In this document: in pieces, positions 62,900 to 64,000 of the stretch
How the letters are laid out: each line of letters begins with the position of its first letter
Numbering within the stretch: position 1 is the first letter of the stretch
Origin: Antedon mediterranea
Taxonomy: Eukaryota > Animalia > Echinodermata
Direction of reading: 5' to 3'
Assembly: GCF_964355755.1 (NCBI RefSeq)
Contig: NC_092677.1
Coordinates: 18,684,101-18,748,100 of the forward strand
Length of the DNA stretch: 64,000 nucleotides
The notes under the pieces: model-generated
Seen by the model: only the letters and a program-made list of their open reading frames with translations
What the model was told of the DNA's origin: nothing
The model's database searches: none
Position numbers and translations under genes: made by a program

Positions 62900-63470
62900 A
62901 GAACGCTACACGCCTGATCATAACTCTTCTCCTGCAATTCTTCGTACTAAATGCCTGAATCAACGGTCTTGAGATCTTACTCAGAAGCCTGCTTCGTCTT
63001 CTTGTCTGGATACCTGCCGCATATTATTAGACACACTGCATGTTTGCATCGATTCACAAATTCATCATGCACTATCACAATATCAATAATAGTTATTAAC
63101 TTCATTTTCAATTTTAATAAATTCATCTCTAACCTTGTTTGTGTCCAAATATATCATATCACACTAATGTTGTATTGTGTGCCAAGTTAATGTTTGTCAG
63201 TAGGCTTGCATTAATTCGGCTATTATGCGATTTGGAGTTTACAATAATGAATAGCGAATGCTCAAGTAGCTTCCTTTATTTACTTATTCATTCATTCGTT
63301 TGTATATTTATTCATTTATTTATCGTTCTTCACAAAAACAGTAGTAGTAGTTTAATTATTAAATATCAGTTTGAAGATCCTTTTTTAAAGAAATAAATGA
63401 GCTATGATAATAATGTAGAGTTCAATATGCGTTCAATTAAATGAGGCGTTAATTTTGATAATTATTTTAA

Positions 63471-64000
63471 AGGCCAGGTGCGGGCAAACAAATTCTATTG
63501 ATCATACATTCCAATAATTATCGATCTATAGTTTCCCCTATGTTTGATAATTTTTTGGATTTTATTTGTGTTACTTGAGCTTGTTAAGAATAAGCACTTT
63601 CTTATCAGTTCCAATTACACAGTAAAATCTCTATTCTTTTGTACACAAATTTTGTAAAAAGATAGGCATTTTAAAAAGCTATGAAAAATAAACGGTGTGG
63701 TAAAAAATGTTATCAGATGACTAAATATAGGTAATATAACTTGAATTTTACATTTCTGGTATTTTTATTCAACTTCAGATTTTTATTTTTTTTATGCTAT
63801 AGCAGAAATTATCCACCGTATATCCACCATCTTTTTTCATCTTCTATGGAGTCACTAGACATGTTATTACATTAGGTTAAAGTACCTAACTACTGAAAAA
63901 AAGTCTTCCTGGTTTTTATAGCAGAATTTTGCCAAATTTTGTATTTGACCATATTAAGGGAAATTCATGTTTTTTCGTTCTGATTTCTGTTACAAATATT
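63471..64000 (+). mobile_element. Same TTAA MITE family, copy 3 (runs off the window)
   Basis: ttaa-AGGCCAGGTGCGGGCA followed by sequence collinear with 47537-48134. Confidence 0.85.

Noticed and set aside
26100-64000. Numerous 60-100 aa ORFs in intergenic and intronic DNA
   Set aside because: Low-complexity AT-rich chance ORFs, often with non-ATG starts; apart from those overlapping real exons they have no domain signal.

Overview
AT-rich animal genomic DNA with spliceosomal introns. The HYR/astacin-ShK content suggests an invertebrate deuterostome such as an echinoderm (inference only). (1) 1-1624: 3' end of a tyrosine-recombinase (DIRS/Ngaro/PAT-type) retrotransposon with B1-A2-B2 split direct repeats. 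(2) 1998-10746: exons of a + strand extracellular mosaic gene (HYR, LDLR-B/YWTD, somatomedin-B, Ca-binding EGF) that shows decay and breaks off at an LTR insertion. (3) 11186-~26085: a nested TE cluster. It holds a Gmr1-type Gypsy (SCAN-like gag, PR-IN-RT-RH order) and a non-autonomous Mag-like Gypsy with a tRNA-Ser PBS and a scrambled but in-frame pol. Within the Mag-like element's probable LTR sits a 4.29-kb foldback DNA element with a perfect 9-bp TSD, arms of ~148-bp tandem units (11 vs 7) and a central head-to-head tRNA-like palindrome. (4) 37297-62899: an apparently intact astacin metalloprotease gene with four C-terminal ShK domains; MITEs and SINE remnants lie in its introns and flanks. 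TA-flanked short motifs (TAGGCCTA, TAGGCTA, TACCGGTA, TACAGTA) are strongly over-represented across the window and may be transposon excision scars. All calls come from manual reading; no searches were run.
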